Of a stretch of 64,000 nt of DNA, positions 1-9,109 are shown one piece after another. The notes beneath the pieces were generated by a model. The model was given only the letters and a program-made list of their open reading frames with translations. It was not told the origin of the DNA and did no database searches. This DNA is from an uncultured virus (IMG/VR IMGVR_UViG_3300035520_001855) (taxonomy: Duplodnaviria; Heunggongvirae; Uroviricota; Caudoviricetes), in the IMG/VR virus record IMGVR_UViG_3300035520_001855; one strand, written 5' to 3'. The position numbers were made by a program, and so were the translations under genes. How positions within the stretch are numbered: position 1 is the first letter of the stretch; each line of letters starts with the position of its first letter.

Positions 1-927
1 TTAATTAAACATATTAACTTTCCCATGTGAAGGCATTTTTACAACTTTAGATAAACTCAAGTCAGTATCATTGTTTGTATTTATACTATCTGTATAAATC
101 TGCACTTCACTAGTATGAAAATTTGTAAATATATTTTCTTTGTGTAGAACTACAATTAAATCATTTAATGTTTTTAACCCCAAATGATTATTTGATAAAA
201 TATCAACTATTTTGTCTGTATATTTCTCAAAAGTCTTATTGTTACATTTTTTACAATTATACCAATCTTTTTTAGATTTTAAATTGTTACAATTATTGAA
301 CCAACAAGGTCCTAACTTTTTATTTTGCACTTTTGCACCACCATTGCAATTTGATATTAATGACATCAACATACTGTAAAAATGTTCTATATTCGGACTT
401 ACTTTTTCATCTTTATCAGTAATTGTGTTATATAACTTTAATGCAATTAATGGATTTTTATTTATAGCTACGGTTCGTAAAACATTGTATTTTGCAAGTA
501 ATGACTTAGAATTAAAATCCACAGCACTACAACTAATAGACTCCTCTAAATATTTTTTATAGTACATTTCAATATGTTCACCAAATAAGAAAATCTGTTC
601 AACACAAGTATAATCAGCTATAAATACTCTTAACAGTTTTTTCTGTGTCTCTGAATTCCCATATAACCTCAAATTCTCAAAACTTAAATAAAAATTTCTT
701 GTAGCAGGACATGACACGTTGTCAATGGCTATGAATATATACTCATCATCTTTCAATACGTCAAATATATTTTTAAATTTTTTATAAACATTAGTATTAC
801 CATTTACGGATACCACACTACCATCAATATCAAGAATCTGTAAGAAAATTTTCCATAAAGTTACACCTATTAAATGTGTATTTTTATTTATTGATGTGCC
901 ATCTTCTGTTATTATATATAATCTCAC
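1..927 (-). CDS. TOPRIM-like putative nuclease (DUF4869-associated), copy 1
   Basis: N-terminal IITEDG, later IAIDNV, Cys cluster; GTG start overlaps upstream TGA; ends HGKVNMFN. Confidence 0.55.
   Translation of the reverse strand: MRLYIITEDGTSINKNTHLIGVTLWKIFLQILDIDGSVVSVNGNTNVYKKFKNIFDVLKDDEYIFIAIDNVSCPATRNFYLSFENLRLYGNSETQKKLLRVFIADYTCVEQIFLFGEHIEMYYKKYLEESISCSAVDFNSKSLLAKYNVLRTVAINKNPLIALKLYNTITDKDEKVSPNIEHFYSMLMSLISNCNGGAKVQNKKLGPCWFNNCNNLKSKKDWYNCKKCNNKTFEKYTDKIVDILSNNHLGLKTLNDLIVVLHKENIFTNFHTSEVQIYTDSINTNNDTDLSLSKVVKMPSHGKVNMFN
13..83. repeat. 71-bp direct repeat, copy 1 (partner 1872-1942)
   Basis: 53 bp identical (13-65 vs 1872-1924), then 2 mismatches; encodes the shared C-terminal tail. 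Confidence 0.95.
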
Positions 928-1373
928 ACAATCAACTCCCCATGAAAATCCGGATTAAAATATACTAAACGTATTGTATCATCCTTCATATATAATGTTG
1001 CACAATTCTGTAATGGTATCTGCAACTGTGGATAACAAGCTCTATTTACAATAATATATTGATTTGAATTAATATTTATCTGTTCTAACAACTGTGGCGT
1101 ATTTTGCACTACCTCATCAAAATTATCAATAATTATTAAACTATTTGTATATATACTAATATCAAGTTTATCATATAAACTTTGATTCTTCACAAACACT
1201 ATCGGTTTGCTTTCATTGCCTACTTTACCATTATCTACAGCTATTTTCAATTCATTTATCATGAAAGTTTTCCCAATTGCTGAATCCCCATCTATGCAGT
1301 TAATGTCGCCATTTAATTTTAAATCGAACTTTATTTTGCCGCTTTGAAACTTAATATTATCATATAAGATCAT
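924..1373 (-). CDS. Small P-loop ATPase (ABC-like Walker A/B half), copy 1
   Basis: GDSAIGKT Walker A, IIIDN Walker B-like; start moved to the ATG behind GGAG. Confidence 0.7.
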   Translation of the reverse strand: MILYDNIKFQSGKIKFDLKLNGDINCIDGDSAIGKTFMINELKIAVDNGKVGNESKPIVFVKNQSLYDKLDISIYTNSLIIIDNFDEVVQNTPQLLEQININSNQYIIVNRACYPQLQIPLQNCATLYMKDDTIRLVYFNPDFHGELIV

Positions 1374-1839
1374 TATAAACACGCTCCACTTCGATTTTTA
1401 GATTCTTATTAAAATCTTTTAATTCTATAATTTGGTTGTTAAAATATAAATTAAAATTTTCTAGTTTCTCGCACATATCTATAGACACTAAATGAGTTAT
1501 GAAGCATTCGATCTTAGATTGAATGAAATCTTTAAAAAAAACTTCTAAAACATTTTTACCACAATTATCTAATCGTATTGCAATTTCAGAGTTATTTAAA
1601 TGGTTCGCAACTATTAGGGTCTTTGTCCCTGCAGATAAATTTTCTACTGAAGTTACACCAAAATGTGTTTGAATTGTTCCTAAATTTATATCAATTATAT
1701 GTGCACCATCAATAGTTTGTATATACATAACATCTTTTTCATTCAACCCATAATCACGGAAAATTTCATGAAATTTAGAATCTATCGAAAAAATTAGTGG
1801 TCTAGTCAATAAATTTTTATTGGTGTAGATATTTAGCAT
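1360..1839 (-). CDS. DUF4869-family protein, copy 1
   Basis: ID..NLSAGTKTL..CGKN pattern. Confidence 0.7.
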   Translation of the reverse strand: MLNIYTNKNLLTRPLIFSIDSKFHEIFRDYGLNEKDVMYIQTIDGAHIIDINLGTIQTHFGVTSVENLSAGTKTLIVANHLNNSEIAIRLDNCGKNVLEVFFKDFIQSKIECFITHLVSIDMCEKLENFNLYFNNQIIELKDFNKNLKIEVERVYNDLI

Positions 1840-1862
1840 ATAATCACATCCTTTCTTAATTA

Positions 1863-2615
1863 TTAAAATAGATTAACTTTCCCATGTGAAGGCATTTTTA
1901 CAACTTTAGATAAACTCAAGTCAGCATCATTATTTGTATTTACAATATTAGACATTTTAATCAATTTTAATATCTCATTATGTAATACTGACTCCTTATA
2001 TAATTCATTGTATTTGTGTATAAATGTCAAATTATCATTTTCTCTATTGCAATTTTTACAGTCGTATATGTGCCCCTTCTGTTGATAATCACTACATGAA
2101 GATTTCCAGCAGTCACCATACACACCTTTACTTATCTTTATTGCTTTATTACCCTCAGTTATCTGTGACACTACGCAAGAGATAAAATGCTCAATATTTG
2201 TACAATTCATGTTTGGTATTGTACCTGCAATTTTAATAGCCTCGTCTACATTTATATAAAACAATTCTTGTACTCGATATAGTTGTTTTTGTTTCTCATC
2301 TAATAATCGCACATAACTCTTTAAATTTTTATATGATATAAAAATTTCTTCAAAGCAAATATAATCTGAGAAAACTATATTATTGTTTTGTTGATAATTA
2401 AGATATAAATCCCTAACCTCTTTATTATCAACATTATCAACAGCTAGATAAAAAAGATCTGTATCATTATACATATCTTCTAGTATACTATCAACATTTT
2501 TAATACCACTACAACATACAATATTTAACTCAATATTTAAATATTTCTGAATCATCTGCCAAAACTGATGCTCTGCTTTACCCTCATTGCATTCTGAGAT
2601 TAAATGTATCACCAC
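1863..2615 (-). CDS. TOPRIM-like putative nuclease, copy 2
   Basis: LISEC, CSGIKN, LAVDNVD, CFEEIF; paralog of 1-927; ends HGKVNLF. Confidence 0.55.
   Translation of the reverse strand: MVIHLISECNEGKAEHQFWQMIQKYLNIELNIVCCSGIKNVDSILEDMYNDTDLFYLAVDNVDNKEVRDLYLNYQQNNNIVFSDYICFEEIFISYKNLKSYVRLLDEKQKQLYRVQELFYINVDEAIKIAGTIPNMNCTNIEHFISCVVSQITEGNKAIKISKGVYGDCWKSSCSDYQQKGHIYDCKNCNRENDNLTFIHKYNELYKESVLHNEILKLIKMSNIVNTNNDADLSLSKVVKMPSHGKVNLF
1872..1942. repeat. 71-bp direct repeat, copy 2
   Basis: Matches 13-83. Confidence 0.95.
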
Positions 2616-3049
2616 GCCACCCTCTTTCGAATTGCTTGTGCATAGTATGATAACTCATATTGTTTCTTTTCTGCATTGAATTGCATTCTACAACAATTAA
2701 ATAAAGGCACATTTATCTTTGTATAAGCTCTAGATATCAGCACATACTGATTATCATTATCATTATTTATTAAGTCTATTATCTCAGGTTTTTGTAATGA
2801 TATTGAATCAAAATTATCAATAAAAATTACATTATTTTTAAAACACCTTAAATCCATACCTTTTGAATATAATATGATGGGCTTGTCGTATATTGGTGAC
2901 AACGGATCTTCCAAACCATACTTTAACATCTGCATCAATAGTGTTTTTCCTGACCCAGAATCTCCACTTATTAAAGTAACTGTTCCATTGATATCCAAAT
3001 CAAATAAATATTTTGGTGATCTTACTATCAATCTTTTCAGAATTATCAT
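2609..3049 (-). CDS. Small P-loop ATPase, copy 2
   Basis: GDSGSGKT, IFIDNFD, NQYVLISR; paralog of 924-1373. Confidence 0.7.
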   Translation of the reverse strand: MIILKRLIVRSPKYLFDLDINGTVTLISGDSGSGKTLLMQMLKYGLEDPLSPIYDKPIILYSKGMDLRCFKNNVIFIDNFDSISLQKPEIIDLINNDNDNQYVLISRAYTKINVPLFNCCRMQFNAEKKQYELSYYAQAIRKRVAW

Positions 3050-3521
3050 TTCGTTCACCCCCTAATGCATCTTTCATCGTAGTGCAAAATTTCTGTAGTG
3101 TACAACAAGTAGAGCCATTCATGAGTACTTTAACGTCCTTGATTTCTTTTCTAAATATAGAATAACTCAAAAATACTTTTAAATTTGTCTCTGCAAATTT
3201 ATCAAATATTTCATACAATGCATTCTCTCCGCAGTTTGTGACATCTAAACAGATGTCTAAATTCTCTTTAACTATATGATTTGCTAAAATTAATGTTTTA
3301 CATCCGGAAGATATATTATATATAGAAGTTAAGCCTTCAAATGTTTCAACTAAACCTGTTGATAAACTCTTAATTTCGGCATTGTCTATAACTTCCAAAA
3401 AATATTTATCCAGTTCATCTAATTCTCTAGTATTAATATGATTAAAAAAGAAAGCATCCACAAATGTTATAAATTTACATTTTTTTGATAACTTGTTTAA
3501 GTCATAAAACACACTAATCAT
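3000..3521 (-). CDS. DUF4869-family protein, copy 2
   Basis: IDNA..NISSGCKTL..CGEN. Confidence 0.7.
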   Translation of the reverse strand: MISVFYDLNKLSKKCKFITFVDAFFFNHINTRELDELDKYFLEVIDNAEIKSLSTGLVETFEGLTSIYNISSGCKTLILANHIVKENLDICLDVTNCGENALYEIFDKFAETNLKVFLSYSIFRKEIKDVKVLMNGSTCCTLQKFCTTMKDALGGERNDNSEKIDSKITKIFI

Positions 3522-3544
3522 AGTAACACCCCTTTTCCTAATTA

Positions 3545-4459
3545 TTAGAATAGATTTGTGGTGGTCACAGTTTCTTTTAAGTGTTCACGAGCTCGCATGA
3601 GTTGTTTTCCTAAAAGATTTTGTCCTTCCCATTTTTCTTGATGAAATCTGTTTTCATCTCTCATTGACAAACCGATGCCCCATATTCGATCCCTTACAGC
3701 ACACTCTGCTATAACTTGATTCTCAGTTGATAACAACTTAGACTCTAAATCTTTATTCTGGCTAAACTTACAAAGTAACCCTTCAAAAACGATATTTTCC
3801 CTATTGGTTATCCAAACTCCTTCTACGAAGTTTGATACTTGTCTTCCTAAAGATTTGATTCTAGCAACATCGTCTGTCTGCAAGATTTCTTTAGCTATGA
3901 CTTCATCATTAAAGAGCGTTGCTTTTTGGTGCATCATGTACTGCTCCATTGACGAGTACTTAACACCATTGTAATAGAATTCAGATAAATACCAATTGCT
4001 TAAATAGCCATTCTCTTCATCTGGATTATGAAAGAATACCATCGAATATGTTTCATCATATATTTTATATCTGTCTACAGCTAAGTTTATATCCATATCA
4101 TGTAATACATTATATTTTGAAATTAAATCCTTAGGCTGAATCAATGTCACCAGTTTTGAACTCGGAATACCCGTTTTCCACTGCTTTAATGAGTAGAATT
4201 CTCCTATCCATGTTGCCATATCATCATTCTGGAATGTTTCGCTATTCTTTAACATTTGAGTATTTTGCAATGCCTCTAAAATATCAGTAGCTGACATAGT
4301 ACAATAAATAGCATAGCCCTTATCAATGAAATTTCTAATTGCACTTTTTAAATATGAACTTATAAAAAATGCTAAATCATAATCTCTTTCTACGGCTAAT
4401 TTAAAAAGTTCACCTTGTGTTTCAGTAACTTCATCTAGATATGCTTCTGGACATCTCAT
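3545..4459 (-). CDS. Antitoxin-like N-terminal domain fused to NADAR (YbiA) domain
   Basis: GYLSNWY..SMEQYMMHQKA..IKSLGR..DRIWGIG..GQNLLGKQLM; ATGA-coupled to upstream gene; ends TTTNLF. Confidence 0.85.
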   Translation of the reverse strand: MRCPEAYLDEVTETQGELFKLAVERDYDLAFFISSYLKSAIRNFIDKGYAIYCTMSATDILEALQNTQMLKNSETFQNDDMATWIGEFYSLKQWKTGIPSSKLVTLIQPKDLISKYNVLHDMDINLAVDRYKIYDETYSMVFFHNPDEENGYLSNWYLSEFYYNGVKYSSMEQYMMHQKATLFNDEVIAKEILQTDDVARIKSLGRQVSNFVEGVWITNRENIVFEGLLCKFSQNKDLESKLLSTENQVIAECAVRDRIWGIGLSMRDENRFHQEKWEGQNLLGKQLMRAREHLKETVTTTNLF

Positions 4460-5142
4460 AATGTAAAATCCTCCCTAATAACATAGCTAAATCCCTTCGA
4501 TAATGTATTTCTGTCAGATTCCATTAAAACCTTCATTGCCTCTCTAGCCTCATCATCTCTTTTATTATACTTAATAGCATAATCACCTGTGACAGCCTCA
4601 GGCTCACCAATTTCATATATTTGTTTAAAGGCTTTCTCTGTTTTTAGACATATTTGATTTTCTAAACCGCCTAAATGAAATAGTTCACTTATCAAAGTAT
4701 AATCTATATTATCCCTAACAAAGTTTTTTGCTATAGAGAAGTAAGATGAATCTGCTCTCCACCCATATATGATGTCATACTTGCTGATGTCTAACCTAAA
4801 TTTAGATATGAACTCAGGTGCAAATCTCTTATATCTTATTGAGTTGTCTGCAGGTCTATGTGCCATTAGCTCGGCTATCCAGTTTAATGGTGACACATTA
4901 TTGAAATTGAATATAGCTAAATTACTAAGATCCAATTCATATGTGTGCAGATATCCTGAACTGTTACCTGTGCAAACGGACCATTCTTTTGCTAGCTCCT
5001 TATTTTGAGTTAGATAAAATCCTCTGCCATAGTCATGCTTATCCTCACCTTTTCCATATGTTGGAGTTACATTTTCATTTGGTGATCCATGATATACTAT
5101 AATCTTTTTATTGACATTTAAATTATCTATTTGATCTTGCAT
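4456..5142 (-). CDS. DUF3990-family protein (ADP-ribosyltransferase-like fold)
   Basis: YHGS..DYGRGFYLT..AKEW..YDIIYGWRAD..QICLKT. Confidence 0.8.
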   Translation of the reverse strand: MQDQIDNLNVNKKIIVYHGSPNENVTPTYGKGEDKHDYGRGFYLTQNKELAKEWSVCTGNSSGYLHTYELDLSNLAIFNFNNVSPLNWIAELMAHRPADNSIRYKRFAPEFISKFRLDISKYDIIYGWRADSSYFSIAKNFVRDNIDYTLISELFHLGGLENQICLKTEKAFKQIYEIGEPEAVTGDYAIKYNKRDDEAREAMKVLMESDRNTLSKGFSYVIREDFTL

Positions 5143-5149
5143 ATTAAAT

Positions 5150-5199
5150 AATCACCACCTTTAATTAAAACTGAATTTTCTATTGTTAGAATAAATTTG
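5150..5199 (-). repeat. Cassette junction/leader repeat (also 7308-7359 and 8723-8765)
   Basis: Minus-strand consensus AATAAAACAAACCNAGTTTTAATTAAAGGTGGTGA, ending in the RBS. Confidence 0.75.
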
Positions 5200-6781
5200 T
5201 AGTACCTAAACTAGTGAAGGCAGTACCTTTATATACAAATTGCTTGTAAAAATCAACACTATTATAGATATTCTTCTTCAATAGACTTTCTAAATATTTT
5301 TGTGTTTTACATAAAAACTCTTCAACATTTATATACACTATCTTAAATTCTTCAGAAAATCTTGTCTTACCTCTATATAAAACAATCTTATTTATAATAT
5401 GTGTTCCTGTTGCATTTTCAATATTCTTACAAAATTCTTCATCATTTAGATGTTTGCATTGATCCTTGACACACTTATCTGATAATTTAACTTCAATTGC
5501 AACGGATGTTCTTGTACTCAGATTCTTTACAAGTACATCTATTTCCCTGTCACTTACATCTCTATATTTTGTCACTCTGATAGTATCTCCAGTAACATTA
5601 AACTCTTTTGCAGAGAGTGTTGTCTGATAAAATACAATATCTTCCAAGATGCCACCGCAAATATCTTCTTTTAATTTGTTTAATATCTGATCCTTTTCGA
5701 CATCATTATAAATTTGGAACTCCTCTGATTCGCAAAGAGCAACTGCTAAAGCTTCCGCCTGACAATACCTCATTCCTGGTTGAGTGAATATATATTCTTC
5801 TTCACTCTCTGTTTTTGGCAATTGCCATAACACATCCATATCTTTCAAATACTGGATAATTGTATTTACAGCTTTAGTATCTACAATATTGAAAGGATTT
5901 TCCTTAACACCTAAATAAATTCTTATTCTGTCACATACAGAATCGGTATCTATAATATCAGTATTAACACTCGTAGACTTTGTCATCAATTCTACAAGTG
6001 ATCCTAAATCATGTGATTTAAAATCACTATTTATCATTTTTACCAAAAATCTGCGATTATGATATTCAATAACTTTTGTTATGAATGAGGGTAAATCATT
6101 ATGATCAATGATATCACTTAATATCTGATTTGCATAATTTTCACCTCTGTTCCATTTCTGCAAACTATGTATAATATTGTAGACTATTGCCGTATTCGAA
6201 TACTCATTTAGGTTGTCTTTATTATAGATCAGCTCACCATCTGTTAATGTTCCTCCAAATTTAATATATGAGATAATATCCTTATTGAGTAAATATTTAT
6301 ACTCTTTAAATGAAATATAAGTTGTATGCAGCAGGTGAGCTCTATCATATAGTTCATTATTTTTGGCTAAGAAAAATCCTAAAGAATCTGTACCAGATAA
6401 GACAATTTTCTTCCCCTCTATTGCATATCTATCAGCCAAAAAACTACAAGTTCCAATAAAATTCCTAGCTTTTGTAATTTCATCAATAAAGATAAATTTG
6501 CAATTCCTGTGTACCTCTATGGCCTCTTTTACTTGCCACATTGTTTCTTCTCCATCACAGGATAGAAGTAATGTAGTGTCATAGTTTGAAATATTTTTTA
6601 TTTCTTGTAACATCATAATTGTCTTTCCTGTGCGGCGTAAACCATATAAACAACACACCTTTCTATCATTAGGTGTAGTAATATAACTGTCTAAATCTTT
6701 TAGAATAAATCTACTTTTAAAAATACTCTCAAGAGAGTTTTCAACATGTTCTTTTAATTCATCTCCAAAATAAATATACAT
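5186..6781 (-). CDS. AAA_14-type ATPase with C-terminal PD-(D/E)xK-like domain
   Basis: GLRRTGKT, IFIDEI, VLSGTDS, REIDVLV..AIEVK; start at ATG behind GAGAGG; ends GTTNLF. Confidence 0.8.
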   Translation of the reverse strand: MYIYFGDELKEHVENSLESIFKSRFILKDLDSYITTPNDRKVCCLYGLRRTGKTIMMLQEIKNISNYDTTLLLSCDGEETMWQVKEAIEVHRNCKFIFIDEITKARNFIGTCSFLADRYAIEGKKIVLSGTDSLGFFLAKNNELYDRAHLLHTTYISFKEYKYLLNKDIISYIKFGGTLTDGELIYNKDNLNEYSNTAIVYNIIHSLQKWNRGENYANQILSDIIDHNDLPSFITKVIEYHNRRFLVKMINSDFKSHDLGSLVELMTKSTSVNTDIIDTDSVCDRIRIYLGVKENPFNIVDTKAVNTIIQYLKDMDVLWQLPKTESEEEYIFTQPGMRYCQAEALAVALCESEEFQIYNDVEKDQILNKLKEDICGGILEDIVFYQTTLSAKEFNVTGDTIRVTKYRDVSDREIDVLVKNLSTRTSVAIEVKLSDKCVKDQCKHLNDEEFCKNIENATGTHIINKIVLYRGKTRFSEEFKIVYINVEEFLCKTQKYLESLLKKNIYNSVDFYKQFVYKGTAFTSLGTTNLF

Positions 6782-6815
6782 AAAATCAACCTCTCTCATT
6801 TGTATTACAATGAAT

Positions 6816-7304
6816 TTATTCTTTATTACTACCATTTCCCCAGTATTTTGATGCTGTTTTTAATACATCTTTAAAATATTCATCATAATTACTGAAATAT
6901 TCACCAGTACTGACATCTTGAATACTGACTTGCATATTTTCATAATTCTCCATAAATAAGTAGGAGCATAGGTACATTTCAATATCCTTTATTTGTGATA
7001 TTTGAAAAATATATTTAAGGCAATCATCACCGAATATTGCTGAACTGTATATAAATGGTTCATCACATTTCAGCATTAAAATCAAGCCCTTGCATCCACC
7101 TGACAATTTCTCTGGTGGAAATGTTCCCAAAAACTCACTCTTTAAAATATTATTAGTCACCACTTCTGTCTTATCAACTGTGTTGATAATATTAATCACT
7201 CTTTCATCTTCCAGCCATTCATTCTCGTATAGCACATTAAACACTGCATCACAACTTCTTATTAAGTTATCCTGACTATCTAATTTAGTGAATATTTTTA
7301 ACAC
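6816..7304 (-). CDS. DUF4869-family protein, copy 3
   Basis: VDKTEV..SEFLGTFPPEKLSGGCKGLIL..FGDDC. Confidence 0.8.
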   Translation of the reverse strand: MLKIFTKLDSQDNLIRSCDAVFNVLYENEWLEDERVINIINTVDKTEVVTNNILKSEFLGTFPPEKLSGGCKGLILMLKCDEPFIYSSAIFGDDCLKYIFQISQIKDIEMYLCSYLFMENYENMQVSIQDVSTGEYFSNYDEYFKDVLKTASKYWGNGSNKE

Positions 7305-7345
7305 TCACATCACCACCTCTAATTAAAACTGGGTTTGTTTTATTG

Positions 7346-8719
7346 TTAAAATAGATTTGATGTTAAGATGTCTATAGTAACTTCTTCAGCTTTATTTAAA
7401 TTAGCTATAAATTCTTCCATCATTAATAATGGTAATACTGTTATGTGATTGTCTATATCAGCATCAAAGTCTTTTGGTACTTCTCCTAAATCAGCTCTAA
7501 ATACTACAAGCTCATCAATTGTTTTATCCTTCAACAATCTTTTACCTGTTTTATAATCTGCCTTTCCTGATTTTATTTCAAAACCATATTTCTTTTTCAC
7601 ATTTTGTAACCCGTAGGAACAAAAATCAAGTTCACCACTTGTCTTTGACAATGTTATAAAAGTTGGATTGTACACACTACCAGACATTTCATCGGTTAAT
7701 ACTTTAAATGCATAAGTCTCAAATAACTTTCCTTTAAAATCATCTTGTTTTGAGGTTTCCTGTCTTATTGTATTTAAGAAGAATGTATCATTAAAATAAA
7801 GTCTTTTGCATGGGATTATATTTTCAAAATCACCATCAACGGCTACATCAGCGTAGTCTGCTATGCCAGTTTCTATCAACCATCTCATGTAAATTGCTGT
7901 ATCTTGTACTTTAAATTTCATCTTAGCATTTGATTGCAATTCAGTATTTAAACTAGATATAAATTTATCATCGTCTAATCCAGTCTTCTCTTTTAACAAT
8001 GTCCTCGCAACACATCTATATAATTCTCTTATAGATGTCTGAAATTTTATATCGTCTAGATATCTCACACTCTCTTTTAATATAAGATTTAATAAGTCCT
8101 GTGTGTCTTTACTAAATATCTTATTTTCATTCAGTAATGTTTCTGCTAGTCTTGGATAGCCACCCATTTTTATATAAACATAGAAACACTCTAATCTTGT
8201 TTTAAATTTTCCCTTGAATGCCCTTTCAAACTCACTAAATTTTAATGTTGTCAATCTTAATACTGTTAAATCTCCTACAGGTAGGAAGAACTCTTTATTT
8301 TTTGTTATCATCCCCAAAAAGCTTCCTGATACAATGTAGCGTACTTTATGCGTTCTTGCGACTCTTCTAATAGAGTTATAGATTGCTGGTGTCTCTTGTA
8401 TTTCATCAATAAATATGCAGTTATCATCAGAATTTTGAATATCTGTATAAGTTTTAAATACATATTCCTCTATCACAAGTTTCTTGTTATTAAGAATCTC
8501 TGTATCAACATAATTTGTTATACCATCCGGAGTGGTCACAATTACCCCTCCTGTTAATAAGTTAATTTCAATAAATCTATTGAATTCATTTTTACAAAAT
8601 TCCCTTATTAAACTTGTCTTTCCAACTTGTCTTGCTCCTTCTACTTGTAAAGCTTGTTGTTTGAAACTACGATTCTTCCAAAACAACATATCTTTATATA
8701 GATCTCTTTTGATGAACAT
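7346..8719 (-). CDS. AAA_14/DUF4143-type ATPase-nuclease
   Basis: GARQVGKT, IFIDEIQ, VSGS, GGYP, GELDF..FEIKSG; ends TSNLF. Confidence 0.85.
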   Translation of the reverse strand: MFIKRDLYKDMLFWKNRSFKQQALQVEGARQVGKTSLIREFCKNEFNRFIEINLLTGGVIVTTPDGITNYVDTEILNNKKLVIEEYVFKTYTDIQNSDDNCIFIDEIQETPAIYNSIRRVARTHKVRYIVSGSFLGMITKNKEFFLPVGDLTVLRLTTLKFSEFERAFKGKFKTRLECFYVYIKMGGYPRLAETLLNENKIFSKDTQDLLNLILKESVRYLDDIKFQTSIRELYRCVARTLLKEKTGLDDDKFISSLNTELQSNAKMKFKVQDTAIYMRWLIETGIADYADVAVDGDFENIIPCKRLYFNDTFFLNTIRQETSKQDDFKGKLFETYAFKVLTDEMSGSVYNPTFITLSKTSGELDFCSYGLQNVKKKYGFEIKSGKADYKTGKRLLKDKTIDELVVFRADLGEVPKDFDADIDNHITVLPLLMMEEFIANLNKAEEVTIDILTSNLF

Positions 8720-8757
8720 AGTAATCACCACCTTTAATCAAAAACTTGGTTTGTTTT

Positions 8758-8787
8758 ATTATAACACATATTTCACTAAAAAGTAAA
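8758..8787 (-). promoter_or_regulatory. Sigma-A-type promoter for the cargo operon running from 8719 toward position 1
   Basis: TTTACT-18 nt-TATAAT with extended TG. Confidence 0.55.
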
Positions 8788-8789
8788 CA

Positions 8790-9035
8790 CTATTTACTAA
8801 ATAAACTTGTTGATACACTTGGTTTATCTGTTGAATGTGATAAATGCATATATACAACTTTCTCTGGTATTAAATCATCATCTATTGTTTCAATTATGAT
8901 ATCATGCTTATCCAAATCAAAACTTAGAAGCACATTGTGAATTAATTCATCAAAAGCCACAAATGTATTTTTACCACTAAAATGTGTCAATATTGCTTTT
9001 GTATCAATTATCCTGAAACACCTATATTTTGTCAT
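8790..9035 (-). CDS. Hypothetical protein
   Basis: RBS GGGGGAAG; ends STSLFSK. Confidence 0.65.
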   Translation of the reverse strand: MTKYRCFRIIDTKAILTHFSGKNTFVAFDELIHNVLLSFDLDKHDIIIETIDDDLIPEKVVYMHLSHSTDKPSVSTSLFSK

Positions 9036-9073
9036 ACTGAATCACTTCCCCCTAAATTATTTATTTGACGTAC

Positions 9074-9109
9074 AATAAAAGACATTGACACTAGTCAATG
9101 TCTTTTATT
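9074..9109. terminator. Bidirectional intrinsic terminator
   Basis: Perfect 16-bp inverted repeat aataaaagacattgac/gtcaatgtcttttatt. Confidence 0.8.
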
